DNA of 64,000 bases from a virus. This document shows, one piece after another, positions 9,624 to 19,154 of the stretch. Each line of letters starts with the position of its first letter. Position 1 is the stretch's first letter. The position numbers were made by a program, and so were the translations under genes. The notes under the pieces were generated by a model, which was not told where the DNA came from, made no database searches, and saw only the letters and a program-made list of their open reading frames with translations. The DNA is taken from IMG/VR virus record IMGVR_UViG_3300041955_000531; one strand, written 5' to 3'.

Positions 9624-11558
9624 ATGGCAAATCTCGATCTATCAACGGTAGAACTGGTCTCGACGCTGCGCGCGGCGCCGCTGAACGGATCTCCCAGCTC
9701 GCAGGACTACAACGATTCCTGGACGGAATCTCTGGCTGACCTTGCTGCTCTGGCTGGCTTCATCGATGACATTCTCATTCCTATGTTGAATGGGTTGATC
9801 TCGACTATCCAGCCGAATCCCAGCAATGCTCCGTACGGATTGGAAGGTCGTTTCATCTACGCCGACACAACAGACAGCAGCCAGGTCTTCTACAATAACC
9901 TCTCGCAGACTTCCAACTCGATAGCAGATGCCCTTCGAGTAATCGAAGGGATCATTGATACTACTCAGACTTCGATCAACACTTTGAGTGTTGAAGTGAC
10001 GGCCCTGCAGACAGCGCTATCCAGCACAAATCAGAATGATGTGGCCCAGGCCCTACAGAACTTTGCCTCAGTCCTACAAGCCCTGACAGCTCAGACAGTT
10101 GCCAACACTCAGGCTATTGCCGCTATATCTCTCACGCTCATGACGAATGGTGTGGTGAATGGCACACAGAATATATTGAATCTGACTGCTGGTGCGGGTA
10201 TCTCTGTGGTATCTGGAGCTGGCGGCTTGGTTACAATCGCTGTTACTCCTGTTACTCTAGTGACTAGCATTGCTGGGTTGTCTGGTGTTGTTACATTAAG
10301 CAGTTCGGATAGCTCTGTAACTATCACTCCTGCAGGAAGCAATATAGACTTCGTCGCCGCTGGCGGCGGTGGAGGAACACCTGGACTTCCTGTAGGATCT
10401 CTACAAGGCAATAACGCTGGTGGTTTTGGTGGTGTCCCGGGTACAGTCGTTGACTTTACGAATGGGTTTATTTCTGTAGCCCCGCCGAATACAGGTGTTC
10501 TTGTTCAAGCTGCATTGACTATTACTGGTGACGATGCTCCCAATAATCTGCAGGAATGGTACCAGAACGGTGTTCCAGGTGCTCCTGTTCTATCGGTTGA
10601 TGCTTATGGAGATTTGATCTTCGGTGCAGATGCTGCTTTGTATCTGTCCGCTACTGGTGCTCTTCTTTTTGATTCTGCTTATTCAGCAGGTACTCTTGGT
10701 CAAGTATTGACTAGCACAGGTTCTGGTATACTCTGGGCTTCTGGCGGAGGCGGAGGTGCACCAGGAGGCCCAACAGGATCGGTTCAGTACAACAATGGTG
10801 GAACTTTCACTGGTGACACTGGGATTGCAGTCAACTATCCTAGCCCAGGATGTAAGCTGTGGGTTCAAGATAACGGTTTTGATGCTTCTCTTGCGGTCGG
10901 TGGTAACACTTACGGTTCGGACATTCAAGACTGGTTTATCAATGGTCATACAGGCCAGGCAGATCTTCAGGTAGATCGATATGCCAATCTGATAGCGAAT
11001 GTTGGTTATGTTCAGCCGCTTCATGGTATTAAGGACGGCAATAGTAGTCTTGGAACGGATGGACAGGTTCTTACCAGTCAGACTATAGGCATAAATCGTT
11101 CTGTAGCTTGGGTAACTCTCACTGGGGCTGTTCTATCGATTCAGGTACCTATCTCATCATCGCAAATCCTTAACCTATTTACCAATCCAGTGACCCTCAT
11201 TCCCGCGCCAGGTAATGGTTACTTCATTCAGATTGTTGGTGGGTCTATAGAGTACAAATACAATACTACTCCGTATACACCAGCATCAGGTTCGAACGTC
11301 ATAGGTATTTTTACTGATGGAAGATCCTATGTAGCAGGAGGTCTGTTGGGTGGTATGAGTGTTACAGGTGCTATGGATCAAAGTCAAAGCATGCTTGCTA
11401 ACTGGTTGGCTTTTGCAGGTAATAGTGGGCAGGATGCAAACTTGATTGCAGTTTCAGATGTAAATAATAAAGCTATTGTTCTTAACTGTGACGCCTCCCC
11501 AACTGGTGGGGATGGTACGTTACTTGTTAATGTGCAGTATATTATACTTCCGCTTTAA
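9624..11558 (+). CDS. Tail fibre protein 2
   Basis: Shares N-terminus with ORF 5645; Gly-rich hinges (GGGGGTPG, PGGPTGSVQYNNGG) and GQVLTS repeats typical of phage fibres. Confidence 0.75.
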   Translation: MANLDLSTVELVSTLRAAPLNGSPSSQDYNDSWTESLADLAALAGFIDDILIPMLNGLISTIQPNPSNAPYGLEGRFIYADTTDSSQVFYNNLSQTSNSIADALRVIEGIIDTTQTSINTLSVEVTALQTALSSTNQNDVAQALQNFASVLQALTAQTVANTQAIAAISLTLMTNGVVNGTQNILNLTAGAGISVVSGAGGLVTIAVTPVTLVTSIAGLSGVVTLSSSDSSVTITPAGSNIDFVAAGGGGGTPGLPVGSLQGNNAGGFGGVPGTVVDFTNGFISVAPPNTGVLVQAALTITGDDAPNNLQEWYQNGVPGAPVLSVDAYGDLIFGADAALYLSATGALLFDSAYSAGTLGQVLTSTGSGILWASGGGGGAPGGPTGSVQYNNGGTFTGDTGIAVNYPSPGCKLWVQDNGFDASLAVGGNTYGSDIQDWFINGHTGQADLQVDRYANLIANVGYVQPLHGIKDGNSSLGTDGQVLTSQTIGINRSVAWVTLTGAVLSIQVPISSSQILNLFTNPVTLIPAPGNGYFIQIVGGSIEYKYNTTPYTPASGSNVIGIFTDGRSYVAGGLLGGMSVTGAMDQSQSMLANWLAFAGNSGQDANLIAVSDVNNKAIVLNCDASPTGGDGTLLVNVQYIILPL

Positions 11559-11578
11559 GACTCAAAGGAGAAACACAA

Positions 11579-11809
11579 ATGGCAACAAAATCAAGAGGAG
11601 CTATTCTTTCAACTCCCCCAGCGTCGACTCGGCCGCGTCCTGCAGCTAAGGCCCCTTATATCAAGGGATCTCAGGGCACCAAGCCAACACCGACGACTAT
11701 CCCAAGCAAGCCAGTGAACTTTTCGGTAACTCAGAACACTGGTCTGTTTCCGCCAGCTAAGCCAGTTGCTCCGGCTAAGCCCGCGGCTCCGCCAGCTGCC
11801 AAGAAGTAA
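11579..11809 (+). CDS. Small basic Pro/Ala/Lys-rich protein
   Basis: RBS AAGGAG; low-complexity basic sequence. Confidence 0.6.
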   Translation: MATKSRGAILSTPPASTRPRPAAKAPYIKGSQGTKPTPTTIPSKPVNFSVTQNTGLFPPAKPVAPAKPAAPPAAKK

Positions 11810-11813
11810 GGCA

Positions 11814-12002
11814 ATGGCTGCGAAGCGTACACATACAAACCGCAAGGTGACGAAGTTCAAGCCTGGCGCCGTGATGGCCCAGCCTTCTTCGCCCGCGGGG
11901 AAGATGCGTACTAAGAAGGGGAAGATAGTCAATCTAGGTTTCCCGGATCCGATGGCTCCCAGCTGGCGCAACCCGCCATTTGTGGGCACATTCAAGGTAT
12001 GA
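11814..12002 (+). CDS. Small basic hypothetical protein
   Basis: ATG at 11814 just after the previous stop; overlaps the next ATG. Confidence 0.5.
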   Translation: MAAKRTHTNRKVTKFKPGAVMAQPSSPAGKMRTKKGKIVNLGFPDPMAPSWRNPPFVGTFKV

Positions 12003-12382
12003 GAAAAGGAATCCCGCGATCGGCCGCACGAAAGCATAATCGCAAGCGTCCCAAGACTTCGATTGAGAAGCTAGTGGCTGCTTGGTTGGACGCCGATGGG
12101 ATTCCTTATCGTACTGAGGTTAGGTGTGGTCGCTGCCACATCGATATTGTGATAGGCAAAAAAGGCGCCGTAGAGCTGAATGGCTGCTACTGGCACTGCT
12201 GTCACCGCTGCTATCCGAAGAAGACCCGGAAGCAGCAAATGAAACGATTCCAGGACATCCATAGGTATCAGTACCTGGGACGTAAAGGCTTCAAACTACT
12301 CATCTTATGGGAGTGTGATATCCTCAACCATCCGGATGAGACAAGAGAGACTCTGCGTAAGTACGCGGAGACTGTGAAATGA
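11999..12382 (+). CDS. Vsr/DUF559-like endonuclease
   Basis: TSIE...HIDIVI...VELNGCYWH...D...LLILWECDI motif pattern of the Vsr family. Confidence 0.8.
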   Translation: MRKGIPRSAARKHNRKRPKTSIEKLVAAWLDADGIPYRTEVRCGRCHIDIVIGKKGAVELNGCYWHCCHRCYPKKTRKQQMKRFQDIHRYQYLGRKGFKLLILWECDILNHPDETRETLRKYAETVK

Positions 12383-12933
12383 TTAGAATCAACGTAGCGA
12401 ATACCATGCCTGAACCTATGCCGTTCAGTCCTGTCAACTGGGGCCGTAACAGAGCCATGTCGACAATGAGGGGCTGGAAGAGCTATGCTAGCTTGACTCC
12501 GGCCGCGCGCCTACCTAAGGCTTGGGGATCTGTAGGCAAGGGATCCTTTCCTTTTGCTCTCGGTTTTGGTGTTCAGTCTGCTATCATGGCGCCGCGGCAC
12601 CAGAAGTTGTCTTCTGGCCTGGCAACTGGGTTATCGATCGGAGTAACAACTGCTCTATCTGTTGGAGTTAGCGCTCTTACGGGCTTGCCTCCTATGTTGA
12701 CGGATCTGGCTTTACAAGCCATGGTTCAGCCGACTATGGATAGGATGTTCCAAGGAGCAATCCAACCTCTCGTGGATTTCGGCACCAACCAACGACGAGT
12801 TAACTTCGGTGGGGATTATAGAGATACAGCTACTGCTCATACAATGAGGCAGGTAGCTGCTCGAGAGATGTCAGCATCTTTGATGAACGCGCGCCAATGG
12901 CTCGGCCAGGAAGCGGCCTTCATGGCTCAATAA
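12379..12933 (+). CDS. Hypothetical virion-associated protein with hydrophobic segments
   Basis: 184-aa ORF coupled to the previous gene. Confidence 0.55.
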   Translation: MIRINVANTMPEPMPFSPVNWGRNRAMSTMRGWKSYASLTPAARLPKAWGSVGKGSFPFALGFGVQSAIMAPRHQKLSSGLATGLSIGVTTALSVGVSALTGLPPMLTDLALQAMVQPTMDRMFQGAIQPLVDFGTNQRRVNFGGDYRDTATAHTMRQVAAREMSASLMNARQWLGQEAAFMAQ

Positions 12934-12943
12934 GGGGAATACA

Positions 12944-13351
12944 ATGGCTATACCAGCACAAGTTAGCGCAATCTTCAATAGGCTCACAGCTTTAGATGGT
13001 ATCACTTCGCCTGTTCCGTCCGCCGCGGCCGTCCCAACGATCGAAGCGGATCTGAACGGTATCCATACGACTATCAGTCAGGTAACCCTGACGATCCAAG
13101 CCCAGCTGAATGAAGTAACTCAGCAGGTTGCTACTCTTCAGGCTACTGTTAACCAAATCCTTGGCAACGCTGGTATCCAGCTTCCTGCTTACGCCACGGC
13201 TTTGCTTCCTACTGGGATAGCAGGTCAGATGGCTTATGCTACCGATGGTCGTAAGATAGGTGAGACTACCGGTCACGGAACAGGAGTACCAGTCTACTTT
13301 TCGAATGGTGCTTGGAGAGTATATTCGACGGATGCAGCCGTCCAATCTTAA
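12944..13351 (+). CDS. Short fibre-like protein
   Basis: Coiled coil then LP..G..GQMAYATDG...PVYFSNGAWR, a common fibre tip motif. Confidence 0.65.
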   Translation: MAIPAQVSAIFNRLTALDGITSPVPSAAAVPTIEADLNGIHTTISQVTLTIQAQLNEVTQQVATLQATVNQILGNAGIQLPAYATALLPTGIAGQMAYATDGRKIGETTGHGTGVPVYFSNGAWRVYSTDAAVQS

Positions 13352-13384
13352 TCGGAGAAAAGCGGTTCCGACAAGGAGAATGCA

Positions 13385-13585
13385 ATGAAGTCAGTAACAC
13401 TATCAGCAGCACAGCAGACGCAGGCTCTTGCTCTCAAAGCAACGTTCACTGCGGCGCAGCAAAACGCACGTACAGCTCACACAGCTTATGTGAACTTCTT
13501 GGCTACGGCAGCAGGAGTTACCGTGAGACCGGGTCAGAGACTTCAACTGACCGATGATGGTTCCTCGGTGGTGGTCATTCCATAA
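13385..13585 (+). CDS. Hypothetical protein
   Basis: RBS AAGGAG; last gene of the + strand operon. Confidence 0.65.
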   Translation: MKSVTLSAAQQTQALALKATFTAAQQNARTAHTAYVNFLATAAGVTVRPGQRLQLTDDGSSVVVIP

Positions 13586-13600
13586 CCGAGTCTTATACAG

Positions 13601-13649
13601 ATAAAAAAAGGGGCCTATTTCCATTCTTGGAGATAGGCCTTTGCTTTTT
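13601..13649. terminator. Bidirectional terminator (left copy)
   Basis: A-run, GGCCTATTTCC/GGAGATAGGCC hairpin, T-run, between convergent genes. Confidence 0.7.
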
Positions 13650-14115
13650 CTATGAGTTCGGGATGCTTTTCAACCATTGCGATTATCTGATTGTTGCATT
13701 TTGAATGAAGAATACTACGAGGTTTTCCAGTTTCATGATTGTGATCCCAATGACATTTTTCAAGATTGACTGGTAACTCTTTCCCGCATAATCCACATAT
13801 ACCTTTTTGCTTCTGGTATTGTTTTAGCTTGGCTTCGTGCGTAAAATACGTGTTTGAAGCAGATGTTATTCCTTCTGAACGGAATCGTTTCCCTTTGCGT
13901 TCTTTGCTTTGACGTTCCCCACAACATCTTGGGCAGCCTTTTGATGTCCCCGAACGTAAAGAATGTCCGAATACTTCTTTCGTTGTATGTTCACACACTA
14001 CTTTCCAAGTTTGTAGTCGAACTTTCTTTCCTTTGAAGATGTAAGTTCGCTTGCGTCCTTTTCCAATAACAAGCCAGTTCCCAAATACTTGTCCTTTCAA
14101 ATCAATCTGTCTCAT
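13615..14115 (-). CDS. Endonuclease VII-like HNH homing endonuclease
   Basis: Start MRQIDLKGQVFG after RBS GAGAGG; CGLC...WDHNHETGKPRSILHSKCN EndoVII motif. Confidence 0.85.
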   Translation of the reverse strand: MRQIDLKGQVFGNWLVIGKGRKRTYIFKGKKVRLQTWKVVCEHTTKEVFGHSLRSGTSKGCPRCCGERQSKERKGKRFRSEGITSASNTYFTHEAKLKQYQKQKGICGLCGKELPVNLEKCHWDHNHETGKPRSILHSKCNNQIIAMVEKHPELIEKAKAYLQEWK

Positions 14116-14130
14116 GATAGCCTCTCGAGA

Positions 14131-14143
14131 CTGATTAGTATAG
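14131..14143 (-). promoter_or_regulatory. Conserved phage promoter motif TATACTAATCAG
   Basis: Same motif recurs upstream of genes at 25170, 30896, 42422 and 55711. Confidence 0.7.
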
Positions 14144-14145
14144 AC

Positions 14146-14188
14146 ATAAAAATAGGGCCTCCATTGCTGGAGGCCCTTGTTTTGTTTT
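14146..14188. terminator. Bidirectional terminator (right copy)
   Basis: AGGGCCTCCA-ttgc-TGGAGGCCCT hairpin flanked by A and T runs. Confidence 0.75.
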
Positions 14189-14374
14189 ATAATCTTATCT
14201 TTGCGCCTTCCCACGAGACCAACAAGCTGAATGCTCTCTTGAAGATCTTCTATAGCTCCTGCCGTTGTGTCGGATGCTTGGGTTAGCTCGGCCGTCGTAT
14301 AGTATTACGTTTTTAGCCGCCGACTCGATGTGCCTCGTAAAATAGACACACCCGCGGCAAGCTATCATGTACTA

Positions 14375-15130
14375 TTATTTGAAAGCCACAATCTCAACTG
14401 CTTCGTTTTGATTGAAGTCGAATGCATTTAGGCAGATAACCTTGGTTCCTTCCCTTTCCTGAACGTCTTTCAAATGCATGTGTCCGTAGAAATGGTATGT
14501 AGGTTTGAACTTGTTGAGCAGCTGTGTAAATCCAGGACATCCTGGAGGTACTGTCTCATCGTGATCTAGTCCCAGGACTCCGCGCAAACCTTCTGGTACT
14601 GGTTTGCCTGCGAACTTCCATGGCACAACAGCCGTCGAACAATCATGTGTAACTAAGACATCTACCGGCCCATCGTACCTGAGAAGCTCAAGGACGTGAG
14701 GACGATAGATATGCAGTGCTTTCAAACTACCTGGAACCGAGTGATTCCTTGCGCACTTAACTATATCAGGATTCATCCAGCTCCGAGGACTGTAGTTACC
14801 CCAGACGGATGCAACCTTTATTCCAGCGATGTCAGTGACACCGCCATCTGGCAGGAGATGCAAGCGAGCGATTCTATCTGGCTCGGCTTGCCACTTCTTG
14901 ATAGACTCATGATTCTCATGGTTGCCCATGTTGACATAAGTCTCTATTGGAACTTGCTTGTCGACTTCCCAGAGATGTTTCCACTGGGTGCCGAACTGAT
15001 CAACTCCAAAATCACCTACGTGAACTACCGCGTCCAGCAAACTGCTCGTACGTAGTTGCCAGGCAGCCAACGCGACATACATCTCATAGAAATGGTAGTG
15101 ACAATCACCAACGAACGCTATGAGAGACAT
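14375..15130 (-). CDS. Calcineurin-like metallophosphoesterase
   Basis: GDCH, GDFG, GNHE, LVTHD and GHMH motifs. Confidence 0.9.
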   Translation of the reverse strand: MSLIAFVGDCHYHFYEMYVALAAWQLRTSSLLDAVVHVGDFGVDQFGTQWKHLWEVDKQVPIETYVNMGNHENHESIKKWQAEPDRIARLHLLPDGGVTDIAGIKVASVWGNYSPRSWMNPDIVKCARNHSVPGSLKALHIYRPHVLELLRYDGPVDVLVTHDCSTAVVPWKFAGKPVPEGLRGVLGLDHDETVPPGCPGFTQLLNKFKPTYHFYGHMHLKDVQEREGTKVICLNAFDFNQNEAVEIVAFK

Positions 15131-15149
15131 TACTTCCTTCCTTTACACT

Positions 15150-15500
15150 TGGTGGAGGCGCGGGGAGTTGAACCCCGGTCCAAAAAGCATCACAACTGCG
15201 GTACTACATGCGTAGTCCTATCACTTCTATCGTCGGCCACAGTAAGCAAGGACAACTCTCTGTAGCCCCGTTCCCTATTGTTTTAAGCACTCATAGTTAG
15301 AGCAGCACTATGAATCACCGAGCCTGCTAGTTTACGCCCTAGCCCAGTCAGCAGACATCGCCAGGTAGGACGTGGCTGCATTAAGCAGCCAACGGCAGTT
15401 CAAAAGCTTCTGCAGTTAAAGTTTTCCATTCTCTTACGGTGGTATGGGCACCGGCATGCACCTAGGTCGATCAGGCTTCTGTCGAAACCAAGTCGCCCCC
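15150..15500 (-). ncRNA. ssrA: tmRNA
   Basis: 5' GGGGGCGACTTGGTTTCGAC; 3' T arm plus CGCCTCCACCA with G3:U; tag ORF at 15381-15413 reads AEAFELPLAA*. Confidence 0.95.
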
Positions 15501-15705
15501 AAGATCAAAAGTTCGGGATAGCAGGCTTGAAGATCTTCTTCGATCTTGTTAGCCTGTAGAACAACCCGCTGATAGACATCTGGCCGTAGTCTACTCCGTA
15601 TGCATACTGCAGACTACAGAAGGATACCCGATGATACGGGTGCGCTCCTTGTTTGTACATCGATGTACATACTTCCAGAATGCCATCATAATCATTATAA
15701 CACAG

Positions 15706-16479
15706 TTACCCTGCTACGGAAAGCAAATCGGCCTTAAGTTGTGCCGCATCGAAGCCGGCAGGATCCCAAGCAGCGCCCAGCAAAGTGTGGGATTCATCAC
15801 AATACTTATCCCAGAAGGCCACGGTCATCTTCTGGAGCTGGCCCCAAGTGATGCAAGTAATGGTTGTAGCTCCGCCGGCATTAGTGTCCTTGACGTGGTA
15901 GGCTGGGCAATAAACAGCGTGACCGCCAACTATACCACCATCATGCTTGACAACGTCCCAGATCTTACCATTCTGATTCTGGATGATGGCCGAATAGGGA
16001 ACCTGCAAACCAATATAGACACCACCGAACTCTGCAACCGAGTGCATGATGTGTCCGAAGTTCTGAGGCTGTGGGCTAACATAAGCCTCCAGCACATGAC
16101 CGCCAAACGTCTGCTGATACCATCTCTTGAGGACTGTGCTCTCGTCGCCGCCGTTATCTGTATTGGGGTTACCAAGAACATAACCATCCCACTCTTCGTA
16201 CTTAGCCAGGATGAGGCTGTCTGGAGGAGTGATTTTACCCTTTGTCCAGACTTGAATAGCATGGCCTGGAGCGGCGATGGTGCAGTCTCCTATACCATCC
16301 GTGGGGACGTTCTCCCCGTAGTTGTTCGGACCGTTGAGCATCATGCCCCAGCTTGTAATGCCGTAAGTATTCTGGGCATAAGGCGGTGGGGTGTAGGAGG
16401 ACTTGATATAGTCCTTCATGCGTGGCTCGTAAGGGTCGAACTTAGCAGCTGTCTTACCGAGTTTGGGGATGAATGTCAT
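15706..16479 (-). CDS. Papain-like cysteine peptidase
   Basis: IGDCTIAA (Cys), GGHAV (His) and ITWG motifs. Confidence 0.75.
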   Translation of the reverse strand: MTFIPKLGKTAAKFDPYEPRMKDYIKSSYTPPPYAQNTYGITSWGMMLNGPNNYGENVPTDGIGDCTIAAPGHAIQVWTKGKITPPDSLILAKYEEWDGYVLGNPNTDNGGDESTVLKRWYQQTFGGHVLEAYVSPQPQNFGHIMHSVAEFGGVYIGLQVPYSAIIQNQNGKIWDVVKHDGGIVGGHAVYCPAYHVKDTNAGGATTITCITWGQLQKMTVAFWDKYCDESHTLLGAAWDPAGFDAAQLKADLLSVAG

Positions 16480-16490
16480 ATTGTCTCCTA

Positions 16491-17432
16491 TTAGACTGAT
16501 GGTCGATGGTGATGATGGTGATGGTGATGCTCGTGATGATGATGTCGATGATCATGGCATTCTGGATTCTTGCAATGCCATTCATCAACCAGCGCGCGCA
16601 TCTGAGGTGGCTTGTTTTGTGCGGCGTAATAGCGATGCGAGAGGGTGTTGTTCACACCTGATGTGGTTTGATTTTCCCACATACGCTCTTTCCAATGGAC
16701 CCAGTCTTGTATCCCTTGGGGTCCAATCTGTGGGTGCCACATGTGCAGAACCTGTCCAGGCATAGTCTTGTGCATTCCATAGAGTGTATCCATGGCACGC
16801 ATAGCGGCATGATCCTCACCGCCCCAGCCGCGGAAGCGAACATCCCAACCACCTACCAGCTCAAAAGCCTCACGAGGTACGATCTGAATCATTGCCCCAT
16901 AGTAATGACCGACTCCTGGATCAGTATCTCCCAGGATATACTCTGCATCTGGGGGAGAAGAGAATGTTGATGGTGATGCAGGATCAGATTGTAGCAAGTG
17001 CTTCGATGCTGTCTCTGTCAGACGATAGAACTTGCGATAAGGAACGAACCAGAGCTTATGCCCACGCTTACGGGCGTGGCGAATCTCCTCTACGCAATGT
17101 ATAACTACATCAGCAGTAACATATCCGTCTGCATCCACGATGACAAATACATCACCGCTAGCTTTGGATGCTGCAGCGTTCACTGCAACTGACTTGGAGA
17201 ATGGTTCTATATTAGGCTCGTCGCCAATAATGATCTCGGCGCCTGGAAGCTGAGTAGCCCAATATCTCTTAAGCCATGCAATGTTTCTTATGCGGGGACT
17301 TGATTGGTCGGTGCAACGGAATGGAATCAAGATACTTACTCCATGTCCCTTACGCAGCCGCCATGCAGCCAGGTATGCGAGGCCACTCGCAGCCAAGACT
17401 GACATAGCTGTGATGAGCATAACTGGGGTCAT
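16491..17432 (-). CDS. GT-A glycosyltransferase (GT2/GT7-like) with N-terminal TM and poly-His tail
   Basis: SILIPFR, DAD and GGWDVRFRGWGGED motifs. Confidence 0.85.
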   Translation of the reverse strand: MTPVMLITAMSVLAASGLAYLAAWRLRKGHGVSILIPFRCTDQSSPRIRNIAWLKRYWATQLPGAEIIIGDEPNIEPFSKSVAVNAAASKASGDVFVIVDADGYVTADVVIHCVEEIRHARKRGHKLWFVPYRKFYRLTETASKHLLQSDPASPSTFSSPPDAEYILGDTDPGVGHYYGAMIQIVPREAFELVGGWDVRFRGWGGEDHAAMRAMDTLYGMHKTMPGQVLHMWHPQIGPQGIQDWVHWKERMWENQTTSGVNNTLSHRYYAAQNKPPQMRALVDEWHCKNPECHDHRHHHHEHHHHHHHHRPSV

Positions 17433-18205
17433 TTCAACTCCCTTCCAAGCGCTCTGAAGGCATCATAGACGGCGAACTTGACATCTTCAACAAAGAACCT
17501 GTTAGGTGTTGTTACTTTCCCTGTAATGAATGGTGTCTTGATCGAGGCGCTGTAGTCCCTGAACTTGAAATCCCCACCATCTTTTGTCAGCTTTGGGCAC
17601 ATCTCCACTCTGCGTGGAATGGCGAAGCCATCTGCTACAATCATACCGTGTAGCGAAGAGGTTACAATCTTGCGGCATGCACCGATCTGGCGTATGACTT
17701 CCAGTGGGTCACCAGTCGGGTCAATAACTTTAGTGGTATAAGGCTTTTGAATCAGAGGAATGAATCGTGCTGCCAGCTCTTTGTCTTGCCAGTGCGGCAC
17801 GATGCCTAGGTCCCATTGCTTCTCTTGTAGTCCTACAAGTTCATCGGCTAGTATGCCTGGATCGCCGATAGCAAAGCTACCTGGTATTCCTTTTGCTGAT
17901 AATGGGCCACGAATGGCGAGTATCTTGGCTGTTACGCCAGACTTAAGTTGTTGCAGTTGCAGGCGGGAGTTTTCAATCAGCCTGCCAGATCCAAGAATAT
18001 AGCCGTCCCACAATGGCGGGATGTGTTCAAGTATCGAACCGACTGATGCTATTGAAGAATGAGAAATCGTATCCCACTCCACCTTGACTTCGGCGAAGTG
18101 TTCGAGCAATAAAGGCGCCATCGTATCGCCAAAGTTAGGAACTTGATTCCACCAATACGCTTTGACTGTATGATCTGCGAAGGGGTTTTGAAACCTGAAC
18201 TTCAT
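17429..18205 (-). CDS. Polysaccharide pyruvyl transferase (ExoV-like)
   Basis: PNFGD, GSIL, AIRGPLS, GDPG, IVPH and SSLHGMIVAD motifs. Confidence 0.85.
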   Translation of the reverse strand: MKFRFQNPFADHTVKAYWWNQVPNFGDTMAPLLLEHFAEVKVEWDTISHSSIASVGSILEHIPPLWDGYILGSGRLIENSRLQLQQLKSGVTAKILAIRGPLSAKGIPGSFAIGDPGILADELVGLQEKQWDLGIVPHWQDKELAARFIPLIQKPYTTKVIDPTGDPLEVIRQIGACRKIVTSSLHGMIVADGFAIPRRVEMCPKLTKDGGDFKFRDYSASIKTPFITGKVTTPNRFFVEDVKFAVYDAFRALGRELK

Positions 18206-18225
18206 TTAGGCCGTCTTCCAGAATG

Positions 18226-18654
18226 TTATTTCGATAAACTCAGTGCCTTCAACAGTACTGCAACACGGGCTAATGCTCTTTCGAGATCGCCCGAAGCTGC
18301 CTGAGGACCGTGCTGAGGTTGAAAGCCATTCAGCCACAGGTCCATCAGCTTGCCCCATAACTTACCAGCTACCTTCGCGCGCCAGGCATGAGTAGACATC
18401 GTCTCATCCTGCGCTCCCCATAAGACTACCACGTTCAGGAAGATATCCAAAGCTACCAGCGCTCTGTGCCAGTATGGTTCTGCTGCTGCCTTGGCTTCTG
18501 CCAGAGGTACATCATCAGGATAGACAAACGGCTTGGCGCCCTTATCTATCCAGTGTCTAACGGATCCTATTGCTACTGAAAGGAATACAAGTCCTGCTAC
18601 AGCGCTGCCGAATATCTCGCCGCCCAGTAGGAACTTGTGCAACAGATCCATCAT
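18226..18654 (-). CDS. Membrane protein
   Basis: Two hydrophobic segments; DETMS motif. Confidence 0.7.
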   Translation of the reverse strand: MMDLLHKFLLGGEIFGSAVAGLVFLSVAIGSVRHWIDKGAKPFVYPDDVPLAEAKAAAEPYWHRALVALDIFLNVVVLWGAQDETMSTHAWRAKVAGKLWGKLMDLWLNGFQPQHGPQAASGDLERALARVAVLLKALSLSK

Positions 18655-18669
18655 TGTGTTTCTCCAAAA

Positions 18670-18748
18670 TGGTCGGAGAGGAGAGATTTGAACTCTCGAT
18701 CTCGTGCGCCCAAGGCACGCGCCTTAAACCGGACTAGGCCACTCTCCG
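18670..18748 (-). tRNA. tRNA-Pro(TGG)
   Basis: Cloverleaf; loop CT TGG GC; encoded CCA. Confidence 0.9.
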
Positions 18749-18749
18749 T

Positions 18750-18823
18750 TGGTACCCGAGCAGAGACTTGAACTCTGTTCTCCAGCTTGAAGGGCTGGTG
18801 TCTTACCCATATACGACTTGGGC
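18750..18823 (-). tRNA. tRNA-Glu(TTC), C33 variant
   Basis: CCAGC-CCTTCAA-GCTGG; CCA. Confidence 0.85.
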
Positions 18824-18825
18824 AC

Positions 18826-18984
18826 TTAAGACTTTGTTGTACCTGGCAGGATGTTCTTGATCCATGCTAGGATACTATCAACGCGCGCGATGAAGTTAGG
18901 ATAGTGCTGCTGGAACTTCATGCCGCCAAAGAAAACAAGAAGGGTAAGAATCCCTTCCACTACAACCTTGAGAAGTGTGAACAT
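18826..18984 (-). CDS. Small membrane protein
   Basis: MFTLLKVVVEGILTLLVFF after RBS GGAG. Confidence 0.6.
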   Translation of the reverse strand: MFTLLKVVVEGILTLLVFFGGMKFQQHYPNFIARVDSILAWIKNILPGTTKS

Positions 18985-19070
18985 AACGTCTCCTAAACTC
19001 TGGCTACGCTTCGGCTCGAGGCGCCCACGTAGCCATGCGATGTGTCCTCGCTTAGACACATCTAAACTGT

Positions 19071-19145
19071 TGGTAGTCTCGGCGAGATTCGAACTCGCGT
19101 GACCAGCTTGAGAAGCTGGCATCCTCGCCACTAGATGACGTGACC
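19071..19145 (-). tRNA. tRNA-Glu(CTC)
   Basis: CCAGC-TTCTCAA-GCTGG; CCA. Confidence 0.9.
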
Positions 19146-19154
19146 ACCGAAAAC

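Noticed and set aside
5645-11558. Diversity-generating retroelement or invertible shufflon acting on the tail fibres
   Set aside because: No reverse transcriptase or invertase in the window, and the repeat is an N-terminal paralogy with ordinary substitutions, not adenine-specific ones.
15631-16494. Long + strand ORFs (287 aa here; similar at 58040 and 60308)
   Set aside because: Antisense shadows of clear - strand genes, with no recognisable motifs.
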